From Gemmatimonadales bacterium (GTDB lineage: Bacteria > Gemmatimonadota > Gemmatimonadetes > Gemmatimonadales > GWC2-71-9): DNA of 63,304 bases. The notes beneath the pieces are model-generated. The model ran no database searches, was not told the DNA's origin, and was given only the letters and a program-made list of their open reading frames with translations. Location: positions 1-63,304 of the forward strand of contig DATDEZ010000056.1 of the NCBI GenBank assembly GCA_036522875.1, written 5' to 3'. Below are positions 55,837-63,304 of the stretch, in pieces. The first letter of the stretch is position 1; every line of letters starts with the position of its first letter. Made by a program: the position numbers and the translations under genes.

Positions 55837-58311
55837 ATGATCCTTCTCGCTCTGTTGCTCCAGGTCGGCGATTCACTACCGCCCAAGCCCGCGCCGCCGC
55901 CGGCAGCGTGGCGCAACCTGATCGGCGCGTACCAGCGCGGCTATGACACGGTCTACGTGTACGAGGACCACGGCTCGCTGCTCGCACGCGTGGACTCGAC
56001 GCCCGTTCCGCTCAAGGGTCCATCGGACTCGGCGCTCAAACGGTGGTCGCGACTCCAGATCGGACCGGCCGACGGCGGCCAGCTGCACATCGCGCCCGTG
56101 CGGTCGGTCGCCGAGCTGCTCGTTGCGGATCGCGCACTGACGCCGCCCGCCGAGAGCGGATCGTTCGTCCCACCCGATCTCGTGCAGCCGGCGGCGCTCG
56201 ATTCGAGCATCCATCTCGACGTCCGCTACGCCACGACCAACAACTTCCTCGGCAGCGTCTTCTATTCGTCGGCGCGCGCCTTTCTGCAGCGCCCTGCCGC
56301 CGAGGCGGTGGTGCGCGCGGCGCGGGCGCTCCGGCCGCTGGGCTACGGCCTGCTGATCCACGACGCCTACCGGCCGTGGTACGTAACGAAAGTCTTCTGG
56401 GACGCGACGCCGCCCGCGTCGCGCTGGCTCGTCGCCGATCCGAGTCGCGGCTCCAAGCACAATCGCGGCGCCGCGGTCGACATCACGCTGTACGACTTGA
56501 AGACCGGCCGGGCGGTGGAAATGCCGTCCACCTACGACGAAGCGACGCCGCGCGCGTATGCCGATTTCCTCGGCGGCACGTCGCTCGAGCGCTGGCATCG
56601 CGCGCTGCTGCGACGGGTGCTGGTCGCGCAGGGCTTTGCCGTGAATCCCAGCGAGTGGTGGCACTTCGATTTCCACGGCTGGGAGCACTATCCGATTCTC
56701 GACGTGCCGTTCGAGGCGCTGCTGCCGCAGGACACGACCCGCTACACCCACGCCGATACGGTGCGCGGCTCCAACGGGCCGGCGCGCGCGTGGTGGGACG
56801 TGCAATTCTACGACCTGCACACGCGCGTGAACGACGTCGATTCGACGATCACCGGCTGGAATGCGATCACGTATCGCGTGCGCCAGCCCGCGCGTGAAAT
56901 GCAGATCGATCTGCAAGTGCCGCTCGAGATCGACAGCGTCGTGCAGGACGGTCGCCGCTTGAGCTACCGGCGCGACGGCAACGCGTTCTTCGTGACGCTC
57001 AAGACGCCGCAACGCGCAGGCGAGACGCGCACGATCGCCGTCTGGTATCACGGCAAGCCGCACGTCGGCAAGCGGCTGCCATGGGACGGCGGTTTTACGT
57101 TCGTCCGTGATAGCCTGGGGCACAGCTGGTTCGCGACGGCGAACGAAGGCGTGGGCGCGAGTATCTGGTGGCCGAACAAGGACTATCTCGCCGACGAGCC
57201 CGACAGCCAGCGGATCGCGATCACCGTGTCCGACTCACTGACCGACGTGTCCAACGGCCGGCTGCGCACCACCACCAAGAACCGCGACGGCACCACGACG
57301 TACGAATGGTTCGTGACGAATCCGATCAACAATTACGACGTCACGATCAATGCAGCAGAGTACGGGCACTTCAGCGACACGCTCGACGGCGAGGCGGGGA
57401 AGCTCACGCTCGACTATTGGCCGCTCGCCTATCACATGGAGACGGCGCGGCGGCAGTTCCAGCAGGTCATCCCCATGCTCAAGTGCTTCGAGCACTGGTT
57501 CGGCCCGTATCCCTGGTACGCCGACGGCTACAAGCTGGTCGAGACCCCGCATCTCGGCATGGAGCACCAGAGCGCGGTCGCCTACGGCAACCATTATCTC
57601 AACGGCTACCTCGGCCACGATTTGTCGCGGACCGGCCTGGGGCTCGGCTGGGACTTCATCATCGTGCATGAAAGCGCGCACGAGTGGTTCGGCAACAACA
57701 TCACGATGCAGGACCAGGCCGACATGTGGCTGCACGAGAGCTTCGCGAACTACGCCGAAGGGATGTACGTGGAGTGCCGGCTCGGGAAGACGGCGGGCGC
57801 GGCGTACCAGATCGGCAATCGCGCCGGCATCCGGAACGACCGGCCGATCGTGCCGGCCTACGGCGTGAACGCCGAAGGCTCGGGCGACATGTATCCCAAG
57901 GGCGGGAACATGCTGCACACGATCCGCACGATCATCGACGACGACGCGAAGTGGCGCGACATCCTGCGCGGCATCAACAAGACGTTCTATCACCAGACGG
58001 TGACCGGCAAACAGGTCGAAGATTATATCAGTCATGAAGCGGGGATCGATCTCAGCAAAGTCTTCGCGCAGTACCTCACGACGACGCAGATCCCCGTGTT
58101 CGAGTACCGCGTGCAGAACGGCACCCTGTCATATCACTGGGCCAACGTCGTCGCCGGGTTCGACATGCCGGTGCGGGTCAGCATCCCTGGTCTGGGCACG
58201 CCGCTGCTGCATCCGACGGAAGCGTGGCAGACGCTGCCCAACCTGGCGCCGCGGGCCGCTGAGCTTCAGGTCGACGAGAATTTCTATGTGACGGCGCGCG
58301 CCGCGCCGTGA
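55837..58311 (+). CDS. Fusion protein: VanX/DdpX-type D-Ala-D-Ala dipeptidase (M15D) domain plus M1-family zinc aminopeptidase domain
   Basis: C-terminal 824 aa of ORF 55450..58311, with the start at ATG 55837. The VanX motifs fall in aa ~112-292: LIHDAYRPWYV, SKHNRGAAVDITL, EWWHFD. The M1 motifs follow: the GMEHQ exopeptidase-like motif, HESAHEWFGN (nt 57667-57696) and WLHESFANY. Confidence 0.8.
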   Translation: MILLALLLQVGDSLPPKPAPPPAAWRNLIGAYQRGYDTVYVYEDHGSLLARVDSTPVPLKGPSDSALKRWSRLQIGPADGGQLHIAPVRSVAELLVADRALTPPAESGSFVPPDLVQPAALDSSIHLDVRYATTNNFLGSVFYSSARAFLQRPAAEAVVRAARALRPLGYGLLIHDAYRPWYVTKVFWDATPPASRWLVADPSRGSKHNRGAAVDITLYDLKTGRAVEMPSTYDEATPRAYADFLGGTSLERWHRALLRRVLVAQGFAVNPSEWWHFDFHGWEHYPILDVPFEALLPQDTTRYTHADTVRGSNGPARAWWDVQFYDLHTRVNDVDSTITGWNAITYRVRQPAREMQIDLQVPLEIDSVVQDGRRLSYRRDGNAFFVTLKTPQRAGETRTIAVWYHGKPHVGKRLPWDGGFTFVRDSLGHSWFATANEGVGASIWWPNKDYLADEPDSQRIAITVSDSLTDVSNGRLRTTTKNRDGTTTYEWFVTNPINNYDVTINAAEYGHFSDTLDGEAGKLTLDYWPLAYHMETARRQFQQVIPMLKCFEHWFGPYPWYADGYKLVETPHLGMEHQSAVAYGNHYLNGYLGHDLSRTGLGLGWDFIIVHESAHEWFGNNITMQDQADMWLHESFANYAEGMYVECRLGKTAGAAYQIGNRAGIRNDRPIVPAYGVNAEGSGDMYPKGGNMLHTIRTIIDDDAKWRDILRGINKTFYHQTVTGKQVEDYISHEAGIDLSKVFAQYLTTTQIPVFEYRVQNGTLSYHWANVVAGFDMPVRVSIPGLGTPLLHPTEAWQTLPNLAPRAAELQVDENFYVTARAAP

Positions 58312-58793
58312 GACTGGGCGTCATCTCGGACACGCACGGCATGCTGCGGCCGCAGGTGTTCGACGTTTTTCGCGAAGTCGATCACATCCTGCACGGCGGC
58401 GACGTCGGCCGAGCGGACTTACTCGTCGAGCTGCGGGCGATCGCGCCGGTGACGGCGGTCTACGGCAACAGCGACGGCTTCGAGGTGCGGAAGGACTTGC
58501 CGCAGGTCGCGGAGCTCGAGCTGGACGGCTTTCCGATCGTCGTGACGCATGGCGACCAGTTCGGCAGTCCCACGCCCGCCAAGCTGTTTGCCGCGTTTCC
58601 GCATGCCGAGATCATCATTTTTGGGCACAGCCACAAGCCGTTGCTCGAGCTGGTGGATAAGACGGTCACCGTGATGAATCCGGGCGGGGCGGGGGCGCCG
58701 CGGTTCGGCTTGCAGCCGAGCGTGGGGATTCTGGAGCTCGAGCCGGGGATTCCGCCGCGGGGGAGGATCGTCGCGCTGAAGGCGGGCGGCTAA
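58308..58793 (+). CDS. YfcE/MJ0936-family metallophosphoesterase
   Basis: ORF 58308..58793, with a GTGA overlap. Motifs: GVISDTHG, HGGDV, GNSD, VTHGD, GHSH, NPG. Confidence 0.85.
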   Translation: MRLGVISDTHGMLRPQVFDVFREVDHILHGGDVGRADLLVELRAIAPVTAVYGNSDGFEVRKDLPQVAELELDGFPIVVTHGDQFGSPTPAKLFAAFPHAEIIIFGHSHKPLLELVDKTVTVMNPGGAGAPRFGLQPSVGILELEPGIPPRGRIVALKAGG

Positions 58794-60502
58794 GACCCGC
58801 CGTTCTGACGCTGCGCGGCCGCACGCACCGCCTGCCTGCGCTTGCGGCGGTCGGTCACGAGCATGTCGACGAGGAGAATGAGCGCCCCGGCGATGCCGGT
58901 GAGGAAGAACAGCATCCCCAGTCCCGGATAGCCGAAGATCGTGAAGTTCGTGGGGACGTGCATCAACAGCGCCGCACCCACGAGCAACGCTCCCACGATC
59001 ACGCCGAACGTCACGCGGTTCGCGAGCGTCTGCAGCCCCAGCATGAAGCCGTGCGCGTCGATCCCCGTGTCGAGCTTGAAGCCGAGCTCGTTGTCGGCCG
59101 CGGCGTCGAGGATCTTGTTCATCCGCGCCGGCAGCCGGGTCACGAGATCCTTCACTTCCAGTAACGAGCCGTAGATGTTGCCCGGCGACACCGTCTTGAT
59201 CATGCGCTGGCGCATGATGCGCGATGAGTTGCGCTGGATCGAGGCGCTCGGGTCGAACTCGGGCGCCAGGATTCGGCCGATGCCGTCGAGATTGAGCAGG
59301 GCCTTGCCGAGCACCGTCAGCTCGGGCGGCAGCCGGATGCCGGTCTCGCCGGCATGTTTCGCCATGTCGAGAAAGACTTTGCCGATCTGCAGCTCTCCGA
59401 GCGTCGCGTCCTGCGTGTGCTCGACGACGTCCTGGACCCGCTCGCGAAACTCTTTTTCCTTGAAATCCGGCGCCGTCTCGCCGATGCGGAGCGCCATGTC
59501 GCCCACATCGTCGGCGCGGCCTTCACTGATTGCCAGCACCATCTGCAGCAGCTGTTCCTGCATGCGCGGCGCGAGCCGCGCCGTCATGCCGAGGTCGAGC
59601 AGCGCGACCCGGCCGTCCGGCGTGATGAAGACGTTGCCGGGATGCGGATCGGCGTGGAAGAACCCGTCGATGAAGATCTGCTTCAGATACGCCTGGAACA
59701 GCTGCTCGGCCAGCTCGTCGCCGTCGAGCTCGACGAGCGCCACCGGACTCACGCCGCTGATCTTCGTGCCTTCGATTCGCTCCATCGTGAGCACGCGCTC
59801 GGCGGTGTAGTCGGGGACGGGACGCGGCACCACGAGGCGCTCGAAGTCCGCCAGGTTGTTGGCGAGCAGCGCGAGATGGTTGGCCTCGCGACGATAGTCG
59901 AGCTCGGAGAGCAGCGTCTTCCGAAACTGCTCCATCATGTCGGTGAAGTGGAAATGCCGGCCCAGCTTCGTGCGCCGATCCAGCACCCCAGCGATTTCCT
60001 GCAGCGCGTCGAGGTCCTCGAGCATCTGCTTGCGGATTTCCGGCCGCTGCACTTTGACGACGACCAGCGAGCCGTCGCGCAGCACGGCCCGATGCACCTG
60101 GCCCAGCGAGGCCGCCGCCATCGGCTCACGCTCGAATTCGAGAAATGCCTTCGAGATCCGGACGCCGAGCTCTTCGGTGACGATCCGCTCGACGTCTTCG
60201 TATGGAAACGGCGCCACGTCGTCCTGCAGGCGCGTCAGCGCGTGGATGTAGGGAGGGGGCAGGAGGTCGGCGCGGCTCGACAGGAGCTGGCCGAGCTTCA
60301 CGAACGTCGGCCCCATCGCTTCGAGATCTTTCGCGAGCTCTTCCGCCTTGGCCGGCGCGGCCACCGCCGTGCGATTCGCGGCGGCGTGCTCTTCCCACCC
60401 GGCTTCCGACACCACGTCGCCGCGGCCGTACTTGATCAGCAGCGTGGCGATCTCAGAGTAGCGCTTGACGTGTGAAAGCTTGAGGGACGACGAGGTGCTC
60501 AT
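58790..60502 (-). CDS. ubiB: ABC1/UbiB-family atypical kinase
   Basis: ORF 58790..60502. Motifs: GPTFVKLGQLLSSRADLLPPPY, AAASLGQVHRAVLRDGSLVVVKVQRP, HADPHPGN, LLDLGM, and two C-terminal TM helices. It is convergent with the YfcE-like gene, overlapping it by 4 nt. Confidence 0.9.
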   Translation of the reverse strand: MSTSSSLKLSHVKRYSEIATLLIKYGRGDVVSEAGWEEHAAANRTAVAAPAKAEELAKDLEAMGPTFVKLGQLLSSRADLLPPPYIHALTRLQDDVAPFPYEDVERIVTEELGVRISKAFLEFEREPMAAASLGQVHRAVLRDGSLVVVKVQRPEIRKQMLEDLDALQEIAGVLDRRTKLGRHFHFTDMMEQFRKTLLSELDYRREANHLALLANNLADFERLVVPRPVPDYTAERVLTMERIEGTKISGVSPVALVELDGDELAEQLFQAYLKQIFIDGFFHADPHPGNVFITPDGRVALLDLGMTARLAPRMQEQLLQMVLAISEGRADDVGDMALRIGETAPDFKEKEFRERVQDVVEHTQDATLGELQIGKVFLDMAKHAGETGIRLPPELTVLGKALLNLDGIGRILAPEFDPSASIQRNSSRIMRQRMIKTVSPGNIYGSLLEVKDLVTRLPARMNKILDAAADNELGFKLDTGIDAHGFMLGLQTLANRVTFGVIVGALLVGAALLMHVPTNFTIFGYPGLGMLFFLTGIAGALILLVDMLVTDRRKRRQAVRAAAQRQNGGS

Positions 60503-60586
60503 GCGATTACGTCTCGACCGGGCGGTGGTTTAACAAGATCGCGCCTGCCGCGGCGATGCGGCATCGGTCGTAGGGATGAAACGGCC

Positions 60587-61798
60587 CTACGAAGACCGGT
60601 CGAGCCGAAATAGCTCCGCATCGGGACTCGGCCGGCCGCTGCAAAGATCGGTGATGATCCTCGCGGCCACCGCGCCGAACGTGATCCCGTTGGCTCCATA
60701 CCCCAATGCAAACAGCGCCTGCGGGCAGTCGCCGTGCGACCACGGGCCGATGTAGGGTAGACTATCGCGAGACTCACCGAACGTCCCCGCCCAGACGAAC
60801 GCCGTCTCCATCTCGATGCCCGGCAGCCATTGCCGCAGCTTCCGCTCCAGCAGCCTCGAACGGGCCGGCATCAGCCGATCGCGCGCCGCGGCATCCTTGA
60901 ACGGCACATCGGCGCCGCCGATCATGACTCGGCGGTCCGCCGTCGTCCGCATGTAGGAGTAGGGTCGCGCCGTCTCCCACACGATGCAGTCGCCCTGCCA
61001 CGGGCCCAAGTCGTCGAGCGGCTCGGTCGTCAGTGCGTACGTCGAGCTCAGCTTGACGAGCCCGCTCCGAAGCGGCGGCGGCAGCTCATACCCCATCGCG
61101 TACACGACCCGGCTCGCGCGAATCCGGCCACGACTTGTGATCACGGCCGCCTGCGTACCCTCGAACTGCACCTCGACGGCAGGGGTGCGGCCTAGGAGCA
61201 CCGCGCCACGGCCGGTCGCACGATCGAGGAGCGCGCGGGTGAAGCGAATGGGGTCGAGCACACCGGCCACGCGGGTGTGCAACGCGCCATACGACGGGAA
61301 TCCGTGTCGCTGCTCGACTGCTCGAGCCTCCCAAAACTCGGCGTCGATCCCGTGTTCCTGGCGCAGCACGACTTCCTGCTCCAGAACGCGGCTGTGGCGG
61401 CGCTGCGTCGCGAGGCACAGACTGGAACGCCGCGCGAGCCCAACGCCCTCCGAGAGCGAGTCGGCGATCCTGGCGAGGTCGTCGATCGCATTCTGGCTGA
61501 CGCGGTAGGCACGCACCGCGTCCTCCAACCCGATGCGGTTGCCGAGATCCTTCAGGCTGATGTCCAGCTCATAGGTCAGAAGGGACGTGCTGGCGGCCGT
61601 GCTGCCGCAGGCGGGAGCACGGCGGTCGAGCACGACGACCGATGCCCCGGCCGCCGTGAGGGCATCCGCGACCAGTGCCCCCGTAATCCCGGCCCCAATG
61701 ACCACGACGTCCGCCTTGGCCGGGGGCGGGGCAATAGTCCCGAGCTCGCGCAGCCCGTCGGCGACCAGCCAAAACGGGGCGCCCGAATGGAGTCTCAC
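60587..61798 (-). CDS. FAD-dependent oxidoreductase (DAO family)
   Basis: ORF 60587..61798. It has the dinucleotide motif DVVVIGAGITGALVADAL and a DAO-like length and pattern. Confidence 0.8.
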   Translation of the reverse strand: MRLHSGAPFWLVADGLRELGTIAPPPAKADVVVIGAGITGALVADALTAAGASVVVLDRRAPACGSTAASTSLLTYELDISLKDLGNRIGLEDAVRAYRVSQNAIDDLARIADSLSEGVGLARRSSLCLATQRRHSRVLEQEVVLRQEHGIDAEFWEARAVEQRHGFPSYGALHTRVAGVLDPIRFTRALLDRATGRGAVLLGRTPAVEVQFEGTQAAVITSRGRIRASRVVYAMGYELPPPLRSGLVKLSSTYALTTEPLDDLGPWQGDCIVWETARPYSYMRTTADRRVMIGGADVPFKDAAARDRLMPARSRLLERKLRQWLPGIEMETAFVWAGTFGESRDSLPYIGPWSHGDCPQALFALGYGANGITFGAVAARIITDLCSGRPSPDAELFRLDRSS

Positions 61799-61874
61799 GG
61801 TCCGGTACAGTTCCTGCTATGGGATTAGGTGCGAGCGCAGACCAGCGTTGATACACCCGATTCACGGGCTGGAC

Positions 61875-63020
61875 GTGACTGACTTTGCCGTCGTCGTACA
61901 AGAGTTGATCGACCCCAAGGGGGCCGCTCGACCATCGCGTCCGGTCCCCCTTGGATCTCGGCTCCTCGTCCCGCTCGTGGCGGGGATCTTCACGGTGCTG
62001 CTCATCGCGGCGCTGCAGTTCGCGAGCAGCCTGCTCGTGCCCATCGCCGTCTCCGTCCTGCTGACGCTGCTGCTTGGCCCACTGGTGCGAGGAATGAGCC
62101 GCTACGGCGTGGCGGAGCCCGTCGCGGCGGGCCTGATCGCATTCGGGACCATCGCGTTCATCGTCGGCACGGTCTTCGTGCTCTCGGCGCCCGCTGCCGA
62201 GTGGCTGCGCCGCGCGCCGGCGACGATGCGGAGCATCGAGGCGAAGCTGCGGACGATCGAGCCGATCAACGAGCTGCAGGCGACGGCGAGCAGCATCGCC
62301 CACCTGACCGGTGAAAACAGCGCCGATTCCGGGTCCACGCGCATCGAGGTCGCGACGCCGGGCGGGGGACCACTGGCCAAGGTGGGTTGGACGACCGCGC
62401 ACGCCATCAGCGGCGTACTGACGATTGTCTTCCTCACGTTCTTCCTGCTCGCGTCGGGGTCCATGTTTCGGCGGAAGATCGCGTATCTCTTTCCGAGCGG
62501 GACGCAGCGCACGCGCATCAAGCGCGCGATGTTCGAAATCGAGCAGCAGATGTCGCGATATCTCCTGATCAACACGTTCATCAGCATCGTCTTCGGAGTC
62601 GCGACGTGGGCCCTGCTCGCGGTAATCGGCGTGCCCAACGCGCTTCTCTGGGGAACCGTCGCGGGGGTGCTCAACTTCATCCCCTATCTCGGGGCGCTCG
62701 TCACCGTGCTGCTGATCGGCATCGTGACGCTGTCGACCTTCGACGGCACGGGCGAGCTGCTGCTCGCGTGCGGCGGATTTCTCCTGCTCGACCTGCTCAA
62801 GGGCAATCTCCTGGGTCCGCTGGTGCTGGGCCGCCGCATGCCGCTCAACACGGTGGCTGTCCTGCTCTCGCTGCTCTTCTGGGGTTGGGTGTGGGGAATC
62901 GCGGGCGTCATCATGGCGGTCCCGCTCACGGTAATGCTGCAGGTTATCTGCACGCACTCCGAGCGCTTCCGCGGGATTGCGATCGTGCTCGGCAATTGGG
63001 GTGCGCAGCGTCCGACGTGA
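61875..63020 (+). CDS. AI-2E family transporter (PerM/UPF0118)
   Basis: C-terminal part of ORF 61587..63020. GTG 61875 is the first start after the divergent oxidoreductase ATG. It has eight hydrophobic segments and the conserved tail WGTVAGVLNFIPYLGALV...GNLLGPLVLGRRMPLNTVAVLLSLLFWGWVWGIAGVIMAVPLT. Confidence 0.8.
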   Translation: MTDFAVVVQELIDPKGAARPSRPVPLGSRLLVPLVAGIFTVLLIAALQFASSLLVPIAVSVLLTLLLGPLVRGMSRYGVAEPVAAGLIAFGTIAFIVGTVFVLSAPAAEWLRRAPATMRSIEAKLRTIEPINELQATASSIAHLTGENSADSGSTRIEVATPGGGPLAKVGWTTAHAISGVLTIVFLTFFLLASGSMFRRKIAYLFPSGTQRTRIKRAMFEIEQQMSRYLLINTFISIVFGVATWALLAVIGVPNALLWGTVAGVLNFIPYLGALVTVLLIGIVTLSTFDGTGELLLACGGFLLLDLLKGNLLGPLVLGRRMPLNTVAVLLSLLFWGWVWGIAGVIMAVPLTVMLQVICTHSERFRGIAIVLGNWGAQRPT

Positions 63021-63304
63021 AACGTCGGCTTGACCGTCTTCGTACGTCGTCTTAGTTTGCTCGCAGCAGCCTCCCGAATCATCACGTGAAAGGATCTCGG
63101 ACTGAAATGATTCGTCATTCCACCGTTACGCCATCGCTGCGTCGCCTGTGGGCGAAGCCGGGCATGCTCTGCCTGCTCGCGCCGTTCGCCGACGCTCGTG
63201 GGCGTATTGCGTCCGGCACCGCCGGCGCCGGTGGAGGTGGAGGAGCACCCTAGAAGTCGATCGGATCCTATCGATGCCGTGATCCGGCCTTCCGGGTGCT
63301 TCAT

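Noticed and set aside
63012-63028. A 7-bp hairpin (CCGACGT-GAA-ACGTCGG) spanning the AI-2E transporter stop codon, considered as a possible terminator.
   Set aside because: The 3-nt loop is too tight, the stem is short and no U-tract follows. This is not enough to call a terminator.
62684-63304. A 206-aa minus-strand ORF reaching the right window edge, and a 48-aa plus-strand ORF at 63107-63253.
   Set aside because: The lower two-thirds of the minus-strand ORF is antisense to the AI-2E transporter, and its remainder is Gly/Arg/Ser-rich. The small plus-strand ORF ends in a GAGGGGG tract. Neither has motifs, so the coding status of 63021-63304 is undetermined.

Overview
This is a dense, very GC-rich (by eye about two-thirds G+C) chromosomal segment. 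I support about 62 protein-coding genes and found no rRNA, tRNA, CRISPR array, transposase or integrase. Many genes are joined by ATGA, GTGA or TGATG stop-start overlaps, so most of the window reads as long operons. The ORF track is full of long R/D/H/G-rich antisense 'shadow' ORFs, typical of high-GC DNA. I rejected those wherever the opposite strand encodes a recognisable protein.

The style of the proteins suggests a Gemmatimonadota- or Acidobacteriota-like organism. This rests on 'AQ'-ending signal peptides and a membrane-anchored BTAD-TPR regulator, and it is low-confidence inference only.

Recognisable content, left to right:
- cstA (partial), an SDR, an NAD-type isocitrate dehydrogenase, a DUF4139 protein and a metallophosphoesterase.
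- Glutaryl-CoA dehydrogenase, plus etfB-etfA and ETF-quinone oxidoreductase.
- An 11.8-kb co-directional minus-strand array: gpmI, an outer-membrane barrel, TupBC-like ABC genes, queD, fdhD, a CoA-binding protein, a second barrel, mobA, mobB, moeA, a GGDEF gene, marC and two MEDS paralogs.
- guaB, an APC permease, nrnA and apbC/mrp.
- A LuxR-type response regulator, then MASE1-GGDEF and rsbR-rsbS-rsbT-rsbX, then a MATE pump and a DUF62 SAM hydrolase.
- An ECF sigma with a soluble ZAS anti-sigma.
- Late quinone biosynthesis genes (ubiE/menG, ubiD-like, ubiA-like, ubiX, ubiB), oligopeptidase B, and a beta-lactamase-family hydrolase next to a VanX-M1 peptidase fusion.
- A FAD oxidoreductase and an AI-2E transporter.

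Best candidates for something undescribed:
1. A BTAD/TPR one-component regulator divergent from a six-gene, translationally coupled operon of secreted or lipoproteins with almost no recognisable domains (7939-17703). One of them is a 4 x ~138-aa repeat protein.
2. A stressosome module (RsbRSTX) with no sigma-B partner switch, abutting a MASE1 diguanylate cyclase with a 0-nt junction.
3. Tandem MEDS-domain paralogs that share an invariant C-terminal motif.
4. A D-Ala-D-Ala dipeptidase fused to an M1 aminopeptidase.

All family calls come from reading motifs by eye. No database search was run.
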